Assembly (NCBI GenBank): GCA_964252035.1
Contig: OZ176204.1
Length of the DNA: 64,000 nt
From: Podarcis erhardii
Taxonomy: Eukaryota
Direction: 5' to 3' (one strand)
Shown here: positions 13,861-27,065 of the stretch, in pieces
How positions within the stretch are numbered: the stretch's first letter is position 1
Layout of the letters: each line of letters opens with the position of its first letter
Notes under the pieces: model-generated
Told to the model about the DNA's origin: nothing
Seen by the model: the letters and a program-made list of their open reading frames with translations, nothing else
Databases searched by the model: none
Translations under genes and position numbers: made by a program

Positions 13861-16079
13861 ATTATAGGAGCTGCCGAAGGGAAGAGGGAGAAAGTTGATG
13901 ATCTGAGAGAGAATAGAAATACTGGGGAGATGGTGGGGGGGAAGGGAGGGAACCATAAAAGATCACGGAGAAGAAAACAGCCACAACCTTCTTTCCTCAC
14001 ACAAAAGCAAAAGCTCCACTGTAGGAGTGTGTGGCAAAGCATCTCAGGACTGTATTGGGTCCTCTCTTACTGTGTTTTCATAGAGCAGAGTCATTCAGAC
14101 GTACTTTGTTGTTTTGGGGTGTGGTTTTTTAAAAACTAAAATCCCGCTCCACCAGCTGGAGCCTGGTGTAACACTTCAAATTAAAGAATTCTGAGGCCAA
14201 GAATTAAGGAATTTGAAGGGCCATGGTTTGTTTTCTAAAAAACTGAATGGAGCTTACACTCTTCCTACACAAACCCCTCCCTTGGTTAACCAATCCCCAC
14301 CTGAGCTTTCTTCATTTCAGCAGTGTCAATTATGGGGCAGTGGGGTATAAGTTTCTTGCTGGTAATGTTAAATAGGAGCAACTCACTCAGAGATCTGTCA
14401 CTCAGAGATCTCTAAGCAATGGTCAGGGATGATGGCAGTTGTAGTCCAACAGTGTCTGAAAAGCCACAGGTTCCCCATCTCTGCTCTGGGTGAAAACATG
14501 GTAAAATAAAAGTGTTTGTCTAAAGGCATGAAAACACCACCAATGATGGGGTCAGCTGGGCCTCCCTGGGCACAAAAGCCTGGGTGCCACAATGGAAAAG
14601 GCCTTGCTATGTCCTCACCAACCTCTGTTTGTGGTAGGAGGCGGATGAGGGCCTCTGCCAAAGACCTGAGTGGAAAGACAGAATCACGTGGCACCAGGCA
14701 GTCTTTTGAGTACCTTGACATGATACCTAGTTTGCTGGGCACGCTATTTGACAACTTAAAGAGAGACAATTGCACTGAGACATAAATGCATGTTCTATCT
14801 GTGGTATCACATTACAACTCTTTATTTGAAGCATCCCACTCAGGGTGCTAGCCAGACTTCATCTGGCTTTTCTGGTTCTATTTTTAAACACTGACGTTAG
14901 TTTTTCCATGCTTATTATCCGCCTTGTGTGTAAATTATTCATTGATTGCAAGATGCCAGGGAGGGATGTTTGCAATGCTTAATAATCTGTTTGTGGCCTG
15001 CTAATAACAGCAATCTGGTTAGTTTCTATGAGCTGGCACTCTGCTTATTAGATAGCCTCAGTACTGTATTTCCCCTGCTCTCCCTAGGAGAAGTCTCTCA
15101 TCAATGGGTATGAATCACTGCACATTGTTGTTGTTTTGGAATCTTGTAGCTTGGATGCAGAAATTTAGCATATGCTCAATATACAGTTTCCCCTCTTCCC
15201 TCCCCAATGTGGTTTTTGTTTGTTTGTTTGTTTGTTTGTTTGCAGGAGTGTGGCTGAGGTATAGCAGGATCTAGAATATTCATAAAGAGCAGCTCTCCCC
15301 TCTCTGGAGGGGTGAGAACCTCAGCTCCCTTCACAGGGTCCTCTCAGACCAGGAATTGTCTCTGATTCCTGCAAGCAAGCAGCTTGGTAGCCTTGCACTG
15401 CCCCCCCCCCCCACTTTTTAAAGGCAAAACCACCAGATATTTCACAATTTGTCAGTATTATCTATAGTTTGAGCCTGTTTGTTGTAAGGACCTAGATGTT
15501 CCTTAGAATGTAACAATGTTGGGTAATTACAGAGAAATTACACTGCAAGTTTGCTGTAAATCTTTCAGCCTTAGCCTCTTCTGTTTCCCAGATTATGAGG
15601 ATACTAGGACTGGACTGCATTGCAAGGTTGTTGTTAACCACTCACTCAGCCTTGACCCCAGCTTCATATGAGCACAGGGCTACTTTGGGCCACGGGGGTG
15701 GGGAGTCTAAACATACCTAAAATAACAGCGTTGGCATCACCCAAAGTCCATTCAACCTGCAGTCAAAGCAGCCTTATAATAACTGGGATCCGCAGCAGCA
15801 TTTTTTTGTTGTTTGAGTATTTCTGACAAGACCCTCAGTAAGATATATGGTCGTGTGCTTATTTTGCACAATTATTCCGCCTTCCCAAGGCGCTGAATGG
15901 ACTTGAGGGAACAAGGGAAAGGGAAGAATACATGATAGTGGTAGAGGGGTGCTTGTTTCTGTTCAGCTGCCCTGTCGGCTTTGGGAAGAGCTTGTCAGGC
16001 TTCCTCAGCCTCTCTCAGCAGGTTCCCGAGGAGGCTGAACGCCACTTAGGGCTGGGCACTGTTGTATATATAGGATGGC

Positions 16080-16960
16080 AGGGAGAACGGGGAGGGATGG
16101 GAAGCAACAACCGCCATCTTGCTTGAGGGCGGCAGTGGCTTAAAGCGTTTAGAAGTCATGCGGCGAGGTGGCCATTTTGGGTGCGGGCAAGCAGAAAGTG
16201 GGCGGGGAGTCGCCGACCAATCAGCGGAAAGGAAAAGCCAAAGCGCGGAGGGGGAGGCCCCTGTGGCTCGACTTCCTGCGTGGGCTTCGCGCTTTACACC
16301 GGGGTTGCGGTCCGGGCACCGCGCTTAGGAGGAGAACAGCCGCTTCCTCGCCGCTCTCATGCTGCGACCCGACGGCTGCCTCTTGCTGCTGCTGCCGCTG
16401 CTCTTCCTCCTGGCGCCGGGGCCCGCCGAGGGGAAGGCGGAGGCGGCGGCCGAGAGGCTGAGCCCCTACTTCGGCACCAAGTCCCGCTACGAGGAGCTGC
16501 ACCCGGAGCTCCTGCGGGACCCGCTGTCGCTCGGGCCGCCGCAGCCGGGCTTCCCGCTGCCGCCGGCTTCCTGCGCCCCGCTGCAGCTCGGCGCCGTCTT
16601 CCGCCACGGCACCCGCTTCCCGACGCGCAAGCAGATCCAGAAGCTGGGCCGCCTCCACGGACTCGTCCAGGGAAACGCCGGGAAATGCAACGCCAGCGCC
16701 GCCTCCCGCCTGGCGCGCTGGACCATGTGGCTCCGGCCGGACATGGACGGCAAGCTGGCCCCTCGGGGGCGCCGCGACATGGAGACGCTGGCCAGGCGCC
16801 TCGCCCGCCGCTTCCCCAGCCTCCTGGCCCGGAACCGACGCTTCGCCTTCGTCAGCAGCTCCAAGCACCGGTGCCTGGACAGCGCCGCCGCCTTCCGCGA
16901 AGGGCTCCGGCAGGCGCTCGACGGCCAGCGGCAGGGCACGTCCCAAAAGCATGGTGAGAG
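16080..16960 (+). promoter_or_regulatory. CpG island and promoter of MINPP1
   Basis: CpG-rich. GC box GGGCGGGG 16200-16207, CCAAT 16217-16221, ETS-like ACTTCCTG 16271-16278, YY1-like CCGCCATCTT 16111-16120 and GCCATTTT 16171-16178. Confidence 0.85.
16359..16953 (+). CDS. MINPP1: MINPP1 exon 1 (signal peptide and RHGxRxP histidine phosphatase catalytic motif)
   Basis: ATG at 16359 encodes MLRPDGCLLLLLPLLFLLAPGPAEG (signal peptide), then YFGTKSRYEE, FRHGTRFPT and LAPRGRRDMETLARRLARRFP. Donor CATG|GTGAGA at 16953/16954; 595 nt, phase 1. Confidence 0.97.
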
Positions 16961-17019
16961 TAACCCCGCATCCTTCCCACTCCCAGCAAGCCGTCCATTC
17001 TCTGCTTCATTATAACCTG

Positions 17020-17237
17020 CATGGGCGTAGCTAGGATTTATGTTAGTGAGGGCGGGGACACCCACCTGTCATCGTCCTCTGTTTGGCTCTGTCCAGCAGT
17101 TTCCGAATGATATGTCTCAACAACAGTTTTTTTACCACTTTCTTTTGACCCCAAGAGTGATTCTACAATTGCTACTTTCAGTTAAGTATTTGGAGGGGCG
17201 ACTGCCCCCCTGCTCCCCACCCCCAGCTATGCCCATG
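17020..17237. mobile_element. MITE with CATGGGCGTAGCT TIRs (Harbinger-like, tentative)
   Basis: TIR CATGGGCGTAGCT / AGCTATGCCCATG. Confidence 0.6.
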
Positions 17238-17589
17238 ATAGCTGATGGCACTTTGGGGTGTGGGTGCAGAGGTCCAGACCATTTAAAGACCCCAAGGCAG
17301 CAATAATGTACCCCACTTACTATTTTTATTTTTATTATTTTATTATTATTTGCACGTATTAGGCACTTTAGGCAAAGAAAAAGCATCAAAATGAAATGCA
17401 CCACATGAAAGCAGTTTGGCGCCTGGGAGTAAGTGTCATCATTGAATTCAGTAGGACAGGGTTGTTGGTAGAGAAGCCTAGGTTTGCAATATGAGACCCT
17501 CCCCACCCCCAAGCAGATACATTAAAACCAAGAGGAGGAAAGGTTTTGCCTGGCAATGCCAGGCTGGCGTCTAAATATATATATATAAT

Positions 17590-18600
17590 CATGGCGCCAG
17601 ACAATACTTTTTGGAGAAAGCATTCTGTAAGTTGGGAGGCACTGCATAAAAGGCGCCTGGTGTTGCCACCCTCTGGGACTCTCATGGAAAAGTCCTGCAA
17701 TGCTGATCACAGGGTCTGGGTCAGTTCAAATGGGGAGAGGCAGCCCTGGAGGTATTGCAGTTTTGAACCGTTTAAGGCTTTATAGGTCAAAACCTGCAAT
17801 TTGAATTGGGCCGGAAATTAATTGGCAGCCAGTGCAGTTGGGCCAGGATTGGTGTTATATGTTCAAATGGTATTGCTCTGATGAGCAACCTGGCTGCCAA
17901 ATGTGAGCCCCACAGATAATATGTTGCAGTAATCTAACCTAGAAGTTGCCAGAGCATAGATGACAGAAGTTAGGTTATCACTGTCCCTGGGCCACCAGCT
18001 GAAGCGGATGGAAGACACTTTGTGCCACCAAGGCCACCTGAGCCTCAAGCGACAGCAAAGGATCCAGAAATACCCGCGAGTTGCATACCTGCTCCTTCAG
18101 AGGGAGTGTGTAACCCCATCAAGAGCAGGCAACCTCCTATCCTTCGGTTCTAGGGAACTACCCACTAACAGTGTCTCGTTCTTATCTGGATTGAGCTTCA
18201 GTTTATTGTCTCTCACCGAGTCCATTACCGAGGAAATACATTAATCCAGCACATCCACTACCACACCCTGCAGGTGTAAATGAGAAGCAGAGCTGTGTGC
18301 CATCAGCATATTGCTGACAACATACTCCAAAATGCCAGATAACGCCACTCAGGAGTTTCAGGTAAACAGCGCGGTGAATGAAATCGAACCCTGAGGAACT
18401 CTACATTGAAGTCTCCATGGGGCTGTACAGCACTCCCTAAGCATCATGCACTGGAAATGACGGTCCAAGTAGGACTGGAACCATTGCAAAGCAGCATCAC
18501 CCACCCCTAACTTGGACAGCTGATCCAGAAGGATTTCATGGTTGATGGTATTGAAAGCTGGTGAGAGGTTGAGGAGAATCAACAGGGGGACATCTCCCTG
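17590..18600 (-). mobile_element. Degraded L2 LINE (RT fragment)
   Basis: Minus-strand peptides LLNLSPAFNTINHEILL...WFQSYL...VPQGSI and ALATSRLDYCN. Confidence 0.85.
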
Positions 18601-19009
18601 TCTCTCTCCTCTTTCTGTGCCAAAACTGGGTCTAAACCCTGATTGAACTTAGGGGGTTGGATAATCATTTAAGACCCCAGTCCCAGCCATTTTCTCTTGA
18701 TAAGGGTTGCTTTTGTCCCCCTTTGTGTGTGATACTGGTCCCTCTCCTAAAAATAGAAGACCTGGCCAGAACTTTCAAATCATAGTTAATGTGCTTATCT
18801 AATATTCCTGCTCACTGCACAGCTAACTTAAATACCAGCCTTTTTTGTTGTGGTTTAACACTCGCAAAATGTTTGAAGGCATGAAGGCAGCCTTTGGAGC
18901 AATAGTAAGGAAAACTGCACTACTGAAAACCTTTTCTGGAGAGATTATTACAGCAGCAAGCAGGTGAAGCAGGGCACTTTTAAGAGTTATACTCACAGGA
19001 AAACAACAA

Positions 19010-20396
19010 TTATCTGACACAACAATTTTCAACATCCAGACTCTTGACAGCAGAGCTAGGTTCATCTCCTACCCTTGGCAAGCTGAGGAATGCCATCAAC
19101 TCTCAGGCATGTGGTAAAGCCCCAGGACAGGTCAGAATCCCAACAGAAGTGCTGAAAGCCGGCCTCAATTTCTCCCTCATAATACACCTCCACAGCCTTC
19201 TCTTGCAGTGTTGAAAACAAGGATCCATGCCACAAGACATGTGTCACCACAGTGTCAAAAGTGGATGCCAGGAATAAATCACACAGATTAAGTGACGTTA
19301 ATTCTTTATTGGAAGAAACAAGGTCTGCTCAGGAGTGCCTGGCCTAATGATCACCATTCAAGGTGGAGGTCTGTTCAACCTGACATGTCTCCACACCAAG
19401 ACAAAAGTGTGGCAGGTTCTTGTCTGCGAAATGTTGTTTGCAGACGACGCAGCCTTGACAGCACACTCTTAAGCAAGCTCTGAAAAGACTCGTCAGCAGT
19501 TTTGTCCAAGCTCGCATGGAGTTCGGCCTCACCACCACCCTGATGAAGATCAACATATTGGGTCAAGATGTTACCAGCACTCCAGCATCAGCATTGAGGG
19601 TGGTAGACAATTTTATCTACCTGGGCTCCACCATAACCAGCAACCTTTCCATCAATGCTGAGCTGGACAAGTGCATTGGCAAGGCATCTATCTATGGCAA
19701 TGGTTTCCCTCTTCAAAAGGGTAAGGGAGAATGTGATGCTAACAACCAATGCCAAGATGAAGGTCTATTGGGCTTGTGTGTTGAGCAGGCTGCTTTATGG
19801 AAGTAAGTTCATGGGTAACTTATACCCACCAGGAGTGATGCCTCAGTGCCTTCCATATGCATTGCATCAGGTAGATTTTGGACAGAGTCTCAAATAAAGG
19901 TATGTTCTCCCAAACCCACATTCCCAGCATGTTCGTAGTTCTGTCTCAGTGACATCCCTGCTGACTTGGTCATGTACACAGAATGGAAGATGGCAGGATC
20001 CCCAAAAGGGAGCTGTCACTAGACCTGTTGGCAGACCAAGTCTGCATTACAAAGATGGCTGCCAACATGACACAAAGGCTGGCAACATCAGTCCCGTTGT
20101 ATGGGAATCCCTTGCAGATGATTGGAGTGCCTGGAGAACGACAGACAGGTTGTGCATTTACAGCAGTGACCAGAGGAGGAATGACTACTCGGAGGAACGC
20201 AGACAGAAGAAATGCCATAGTACACCTGCATCAGTGCAGCCAGACTCCTTCATCTGCCCCAGCTGCAATAAAACATGTTTCTCCCTTATTGGTCTCTACA
20301 GCCACAGCAGACGCTGTATCTCTCCCAACGGTTCGACTTTATCCTCAAAGGCACACTCCTACATTGGCTCCTGAGACTGATAGAAACCAGCAACAA
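19010..20396 (+). mobile_element. Degraded RTE-clade LINE, 3' portion (reverse transcriptase remnant)
   Basis: Frameshifted peptides PTLGKLRNAINSQACGKAPG, LFADDAAL, FIYLGSTITSNLSINAELDKCIGKAS and the C-terminal CPSCNKTCFSLIGLYSHSRRC zinc-finger-like motif. Confidence 0.88.
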
Positions 20397-21093
20397 TTAT
20401 GATCAGGAACATCTGTTCTTTTTCCTTGTGTTCATAATAGCAAGCATTTCTATTTTATTTTTTCATAAAATGCCTTATAGGTTCTGTTTATTCTTCTGGA
20501 ACAGAACTGGCAAATTATGAATTGTTTCCTAACTTTCCTTAAATGTTTTTATTCATCCTTAAATTGACATCCCCCCCCCCCTCGCCGTTCTACATTTATC
20601 AATATCTTATTTGCCATGCTAAGTAAGTTAATGGAAACTGCAAGTTCAGAACTTGCAGTGGCTTAGAATATCAGAAGCTGGATAAAGAGGGTCAACATGT
20701 CTGTGTCCTGTTTTATGAGCTTCCTGGAAGCAACTGTTGTATGGAACAGTAGGCTGAGTTAGATGGATTTTGAACTAGTTCAGCCAGATTTTTTATTGAT
20801 CTTTTGCTTACTCAAGCTGTTTTTCCAAAAGCCATACTTATCCATTTTACTTTTTGAGGATTATTTAATAAATCACAGAATTCCTGCACGTTACACGTGT
20901 CCGCTTTACCACAGAACCTTTAGATTAAATCTTATTCCACAACAGAAATTAAGCTGAAGTGTATAACTATCATTCTCTAACCTTGATCCTCACAAGTTAG
21001 CCTCACTCTCCCCCCTGCACCCTGGTTAGGTTGGATCTTCAAAAACGTTTGTGCGTGCATTTGCTTTTGTTATTGTATGAAATGACACGTACA

Positions 21094-21236
21094 GGCAGCC
21101 CTGTTCAGGGAAGTTTTTAATATGTGATATTTTAGTGTATTTTTTATCTCTGTTGGAAGCCGCCCAGAGTGGCTGGGGAAACCCAGCCAGATAGGCGGGG
21201 TACAAATAATAAATTATTATTATTATTATTATTACT
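21094..21236 (+). mobile_element. L2-type 3' tail fragment
   Basis: GAAGCCGCCCAGAGTGGCTGGGGAAACCCAGCCAGATAGGCGGGG followed by (ATT)n; same family as 46318-46602. Confidence 0.75.
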
Positions 21237-22440
21237 GTACAGAGATAGCACTTACTACTAATAATACATGGCAGATATGCTTGCATAGGAACTAACATGA
21301 TACTCAGTATAGATTGGAAACGTTGGCATTTAATACATTTCAAGTATGAAATATATTGCAGTATATTTAAACATACAAATTTTAGTAATATTAAGGAAAT
21401 TTAAAATGAATAAATAAAGTGAAAATATTTTATGTAAATCACTTCAATGATTAAGCAATACACTAATTGTGTTAAATAAACAAATAACATAAGACACACT
21501 GTTGGTAACTGGATAGTACTGCGTATGCCAGCAGTTAAAATTAATCTTGAACCAAAGGCTCCTTGGGTCATATTCAGCGTTTGGGCCATTTGTTCCTCGC
21601 TCACGATATAAACAGTGCATACTGAGAACTGCAACCAAGAGATTGAAAAACCAATGTGATTGATGTCAGAGTAGGTTAAATTTACATGAGATTTTCATAT
21701 TAATTGTTACACAGAAGATAGGCATGTTGAAACACATGAAACATTCCAAGGTAGTGTATTCTGTTTATATGTAGGAACTGGGGGAGAGGAAGATCAGTCT
21801 CAGATTTTTGTACTGGGATTTCAGGTAGGGGCACTCAGAATGCTAATGAGCTGTAGCACAAAGTTGGGAGATAAGGAATAATGGATGTTCTAAAGGGCAC
21901 TGAGCAAAATCACTTCCTTAAGTTCCAAGTGCCCAGAAGTGAGGGGTGGTAGTTACTGGGAAGATAATCATAATTTTATGAACTAGGGAAAGTGCAGAGC
22001 TTGGTATTTGGAAAGGATAAAATAAGAGCAGTCCAGGATCATTCAGATGGTTGATTTTAGTGAGACCCTGAATAGTGTCAGGCAGGCCATTGCCTGTGGT
22101 GATGTGACTTTATGGTCCCTTGTTTCTAGAATCAAGCCCACTATATTCTTTGCGCAAACCATTTGTCCAGTTTACTTTTAGCAAGGTTTTATGTTAATAG
22201 AGGAATTCACAGAACCCTTGGTTTCAGAACCCTTTTGAGAAATTCTGTGCAAAATGCTTTATATAAAAAAGCATATGCCCCCTGTAGTTTACTTGAAGCA
22301 ACTACCTTTAACTCAGTGTTTGACAGAAGATTATTCAGTTTTAAGAGTGTGTATTTTGCAACGTGCTTGCTTTTGTGAATTTATATTCCACTTTAAAGCA
22401 ACTTACGACATTTAACAACCTTTTGCCCTTTCATTTTCAG

Positions 22441-22638
22441 CCACGACGACAGAAGGAATTGAAACCAACGACAAACTGATGAGGTTTTTTGATCTATGTG
22501 AAAGATTTGTTAAAGATATAGAAGACAATGATACGGCTATGCATGAGCTGGATGCCTTCAAGGAAGGTCCTGAGATGAAGGAAGTAGTGGGGAAAATCGC
22601 AAATACCTTGTGTCTACCAGTGAATGACTTAAACGCAG
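22441..22638 (+). CDS. MINPP1: MINPP1 exon 2
   Basis: Acceptor ttttcag|, donor GCAG|gtaatg; 198 nt. Encodes NDKLMRFFDLCERFVKDIEDNDTA...LCLPVNDLNA in frame with exon 1. Confidence 0.97.
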
Positions 22639-23720
22639 GTAATGTTCTTTTATCAGCTTCCTACCTGTTCTCAGTTATTACGAAGAGCAAATAAGCAGTA
22701 AACATAAACATCTGTTGGAAAAGCTTTAAAGGTTAACTTCTGTTGAACCTGACTGGGGGACATAAAATATTTACCCTTCCCCCGTCCCCGCCCCCCAGTG
22801 CCTTGTTTTCATTTTCATCGCTCTTAGGGACTGGTTCACATAAGTTAAAGTATCTCAGCTGCATGCATTATATGACTCTCACAAGTGCAGAGATGCACAC
22901 TTGTGCCACGCAGAGCGAAAACTGAAGCCTAGTTCATGTTTCTGTGGTAGCCTGGAGAGAGCAGACAGTCGTGCTCCATTGAGACACACTCTTAGAAGTA
23001 TTGAAGATGCTTGGGAAAATTTGTACGATGAAGTGTGGAATGCAGAAAGGAAATGGCCTATCAACTCTTGCATGCGGTTTTCAGGTAATGGTGCACACAT
23101 GCCTATTTCACTGCTACAGTGCTTTTTCTTTTTAACTACAAAACATCCACTACCAGCAAGCTCTGTAGCTAGTAACTAACAATATCCATGTCACGACCCA
23201 TTATCAACGTTGTCTTTTAATAAGCTTTATTTTGGTGTGTGGCATAAGCTACTGGTGTCGGCACCCTTTCAAGAACCTCTGTAGGAAGAGCAAACAACTA
23301 AAACTATCTACCACAAGAGCTGCAACTTTTCCAAAATTATGCCTAGAATAAATGTACAACTAGTTCTCTGTGCCCAGCTGATATCTACCCACAACTGACT
23401 GCTGCCAGAGTTGTTTAAAGAACTGCTGGTGGTGAAGCATAGAGGAAGGATGTTTGTGGTTGCTTTTCTTTGTAAGTCTGTTTCTCCTGGGTACATGCAG
23501 ATGTTTGGGGCTGCCTAAAGGAATGCTTTGGCTTGTGGTCAAACACTTAAGAAGCATGAGAAACCAACTATTGTGTACAAGTTCTTTGTGGCAACCTTTT
23601 CCCCCTTCCTGGGCCACAGGCTAACTTTATTAGATTTTACCAGGAAGAAAGTATTTTCATGAGAAAAGAGAGGTCCTCATCTTGCTGTTGTTGTACAAAC
23701 TTTATGGATCCAGATGGTGA

Positions 23721-23866
23721 TAGTGCTTTTCTCTGTGGGGGACGCAGGGGTAAGCATACCCCTAAACATTTTGTGAATCTAAGTTTGGTCTCATTGAGGG
23801 ACAGTATTTCAATATGAGTAGGAAAATGAGAGTACCCCTAAACATATTTTTAGAAGAAAAGCACTG
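23721..23866. mobile_element. hAT MITE (inverted copy of 13715-13860)
   Basis: Reverse-complement similarity across its length. Confidence 0.85.
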
Positions 23867-25611
23867 GTGATAGATATTCCGCATAACTTTGTGAATCAAG
23901 ACGGTGTTAGGTATTCCAGTCTGGGACTAAAAACCCACATGCACCCAGTTTAGTGGGACACAGATGAACAGTGAAATGGGCATCTGGATGTGCATTTGCA
24001 TTAATTATTTGTATTATGGATCTCCTTTTACTGAATCAGGAAGTATTATTTCATTCTACAGTATTTTATCCTTCCTATCAACCGTTTCAGGTGGTTAACA
24101 TTCCATTTAAAATACAACAGAACATCACTAAGCCCCAATCAAACACAAAAAGTGGGGGAAAGACATACTTTTATCGGATGAACATAGGTAGTATCATTAT
24201 TACAGTTCACTACTCCCCAGAGCCACTGCAAACAACTCTATCCTGTTTTTATTTGTGATAGATAAAGGCAGGTGCATCAATTCAAGTTTTCTAACAGCAT
24301 AAAAAGTCCTTTCTGTCTCACTCTTGAATTCATTAGGCAAGGGATTTTGAACCATAATTGATGAAGAAGGAGCTCTAAGATATGCAGATATAAATGTAGT
24401 AAAGAAGGTCAGTGTCATATGATATAGTATTGACACTTCCGTAACTCCAACTGATGCAGTTTTGACAGTTTCATTTGTCACTTGCCTTTTCTACAGATTG
24501 GGTTCTGGTGTCCTTTTTCACTTGACCATCTGAACTAACTAAAGAATATTGAGTTTCCTGTAGTGTACATGCAACAATGATTTCTAGTTACTTTAATCAT
24601 AACCCTTCTAAGAGTGATTGAAACAAGAGCAGGTAGTAAGATGTTGTCTGAGTATATGTATTCACTTATTGTATGCATGCTGGGTTTTTTACAGAATATA
24701 TGATTATGATTCTTTCAATGGTAGAAAGTTTAACATGTTAAGTTTCACCTAACAGCCTTAAAAATGAGGCTTATATTTATACAGTTTGCAATTTTAATTA
24801 AGTTGAGTTTTTGAACAAGTTTGTGAATATTTTCAGAAGCACATGCATGCATAAAACACTCCAGGCACTGATGTGTTCTTGTTCATACAAATCTAATCAA
24901 ATAATTCATTGCAAATATTTAATACCCACCATGTATTCCGTGTTTATATCATATGTTAAAAACATGCTTGAAATACATAAAAATCCCATATTCACTAGCT
25001 CATTTCTTTTTGCTTATAGTTTGTAGTGTATTATATGTATTGATTCCAGGGATGCAGCAGACTACGGACCCATTTGTGGAATTGCAAGCATAGTTCTTGC
25101 TCGTCACCCCTGTTTGTGCCAGGGATAGGGGAATTTCTTGCCTGCAGGCTAGATCTAGCTCCTGGTGCCTTTGGATCCACTCTGTCTCATCCCTCTTTGC
25201 CCCTCCTTGACACAGTAATTAGACTAGAAAAAAGCTTCTGTTGTTGCCAATGGAAGCTTTTTTTCCAAAGCCTAATTGATGTACGGAGGATAGGAGTTCA
25301 GAAGTGAGAGAAAATCATGACCTTGCCCCCCACGCTTGTTATCCATTTCCCAAGATGTTATCCCTGAGGAAATACGACTCTCAGCGTACAAAGGGTTCCC
25401 TAGCCTTGTTCTATACACAGGACTTGGTTCCCAGATTGTATCTCTTTTTATTGCATACCTTCATAGCAGTTTTGTAAAGGGGCGTTTTGTTCACCACTGA
25501 TGTGGTCCTTGTGTCTTGCCCTTTCTGCGTAAACATTTCATTGATGGCTTGTGGCATCCTGCCTGACGTACTGTCGGTGTGTTGCTAACTGTTGCTTTCT
25601 CTTTACAACAG

Positions 25612-25709
25612 ATTTGGTTCAGGTGGCATTTTTCACTTGCTCATTTGAGCTGGCCATAAAAAACATTAGCTCCCCCTGGTGTTCGCTCTTCAGTGAAGAA
25701 GATGCCAAG
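25612..25709 (+). CDS. MINPP1: MINPP1 exon 3
   Basis: Acceptor acaacag|, donor AAG|gtaggt; 98 nt. Encodes [33 protein letters not shown]. Confidence 0.97.
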
Positions 25710-25859
25710 GTAGGTACTGTGTACACATCTGCAACCCCCTTAACTAAAGAAATGGAGAATTGAATGTTGCAATGTATTGTGAAAAAAACTATTATTCGGT
25801 CTCACAGAATTATATAGGACATAGCGGGTAGTATTCAGCCAAGAGTAGAGCTGCTGAAA

Positions 25860-26193
25860 GGGATGCGGGTGGCACTGTGGGTTAAACCACAGAGTCTAGG
25901 GCTTGCCGATCGGAAGGTCGGCGGTTCGAATCTCCACGATGGGGTGAGCTCCCATTGCTCTGTCCCTGCTCCTGCCAACCTAGATAATAGTAGATAAATA
26001 GGTACCGCTCCAGCGGGAAGGTAAACAGCATTTCTGTGTGCTGCTCTGGTTCGCCAGAAGCGGCTTAGACATGCTGGCCACATGACCCAGAAGCTGTACG
26101 CCGGCTCCCTCAGCCAATAAAACGAGATGAGCGCCACAACCCCAGAGTCGTCTGCGACTGGACCTAATGGTCAGGGGTCCCTTTACCTTTACC
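25860..26193 (+). mobile_element. Sauria SINE (Squam1), MINPP1 intron 3
   Basis: Full length; 14-bp TSD TAGAGCTGCTGAAA at 25846-25859 and 26194-26207. Confidence 0.96.
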
Positions 26194-26344
26194 TAGAGCT
26201 GCTGAAATTAATCAGCATTACTCAGCTAAGTCCATTAATTTCAGTGGTCTACCATGAGGAAAACTTAGTTGAATTCTAACCATGAGCTGAAATCTGGCAC
26301 TCACTTAACATGATTTAATTTGACCAAAACAGCCTACTGAGGCA

Positions 26345-27065
26345 CAATGAGAGGCACAAATACAAGATGGGTGACACCTGGCTTGAGAGCAGTACATGTG
26401 AAAAGGATCTAGGAGTCTTGGTTGACCACAAACTTGACATAAGCCAACAGTGTGACGCGGCAGCTAAAAAAGCCAATGCAATTCTGGGCTGCATCAATAG
26501 GAGTATAGCATCTAGATCAAGGGAAGTAATAGTGCCACTGTATTCTGCTCTGGTCAGACCTCACCTGGAGTACTGTGTCCAGTTCTGGGCACCACAGTTC
26601 AAGAAGGACACTGACAAACTGGAACGTGTCCAGAGGAGGGCAACCAAAATGGTCAAAGGCCTGGAAACGATGCCTTATGAGGAACGGCTAAGGGAGCTGG
26701 GCATGTTTAGCCTGGAGAAGAGGAGCTTAAGGGGTGATATGATAGCCATGTTCCAATATATAAAAGGATGTCACATAGAGGAGGGAGAAAGGTTGTTTTC
26801 TGCTGCTCCAGAGAAGCGGACACGGAGCAATGGTTCCAAACTACAAGAAAGAAGATTCCACCTAAACATTAGGAAGAACTTCCTGACAGTAAGAGCTGTT
26901 CGACAGTGGAATTTGCTGCCAAGGAGTGTGGTGGAGTCTCCTTCTTTGGAGGTCTTTAAGCAGAGGCTTGACAACCATATGTCAGGAGTGCTCTGATGGT
27001 GTTTCCTGCTTGGCAGGGGGTTGGACTCGATGGCCCTTGTGGTCTCTTCCAACTCTATGATTCAA
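26345..27065 (+). mobile_element. 5'-truncated CR1 LINE (ORF2 C-terminus and 3' UTR)
   Basis: Open 209-aa frame EKDLGV...KANAILGCI...[21 protein letters not shown]1 3' tail, 7-bp TSD TGAGGCA. Confidence 0.95.

Noticed and set aside
16954-17015. ORF track continuation of MINPP1 exon 1 to a stop at 17015
   Set aside because: Read-through past a canonical GTGAGA donor. The spliced frame continues correctly into exon 2.
16181-17065. Long alternative-frame and antisense ORFs (258, 243 and 192 aa) over MINPP1 exon 1
   Set aside because: Expected shadow ORFs of a very GC-rich coding exon; low-complexity Ala/Gly/Arg/Pro content and no domain.
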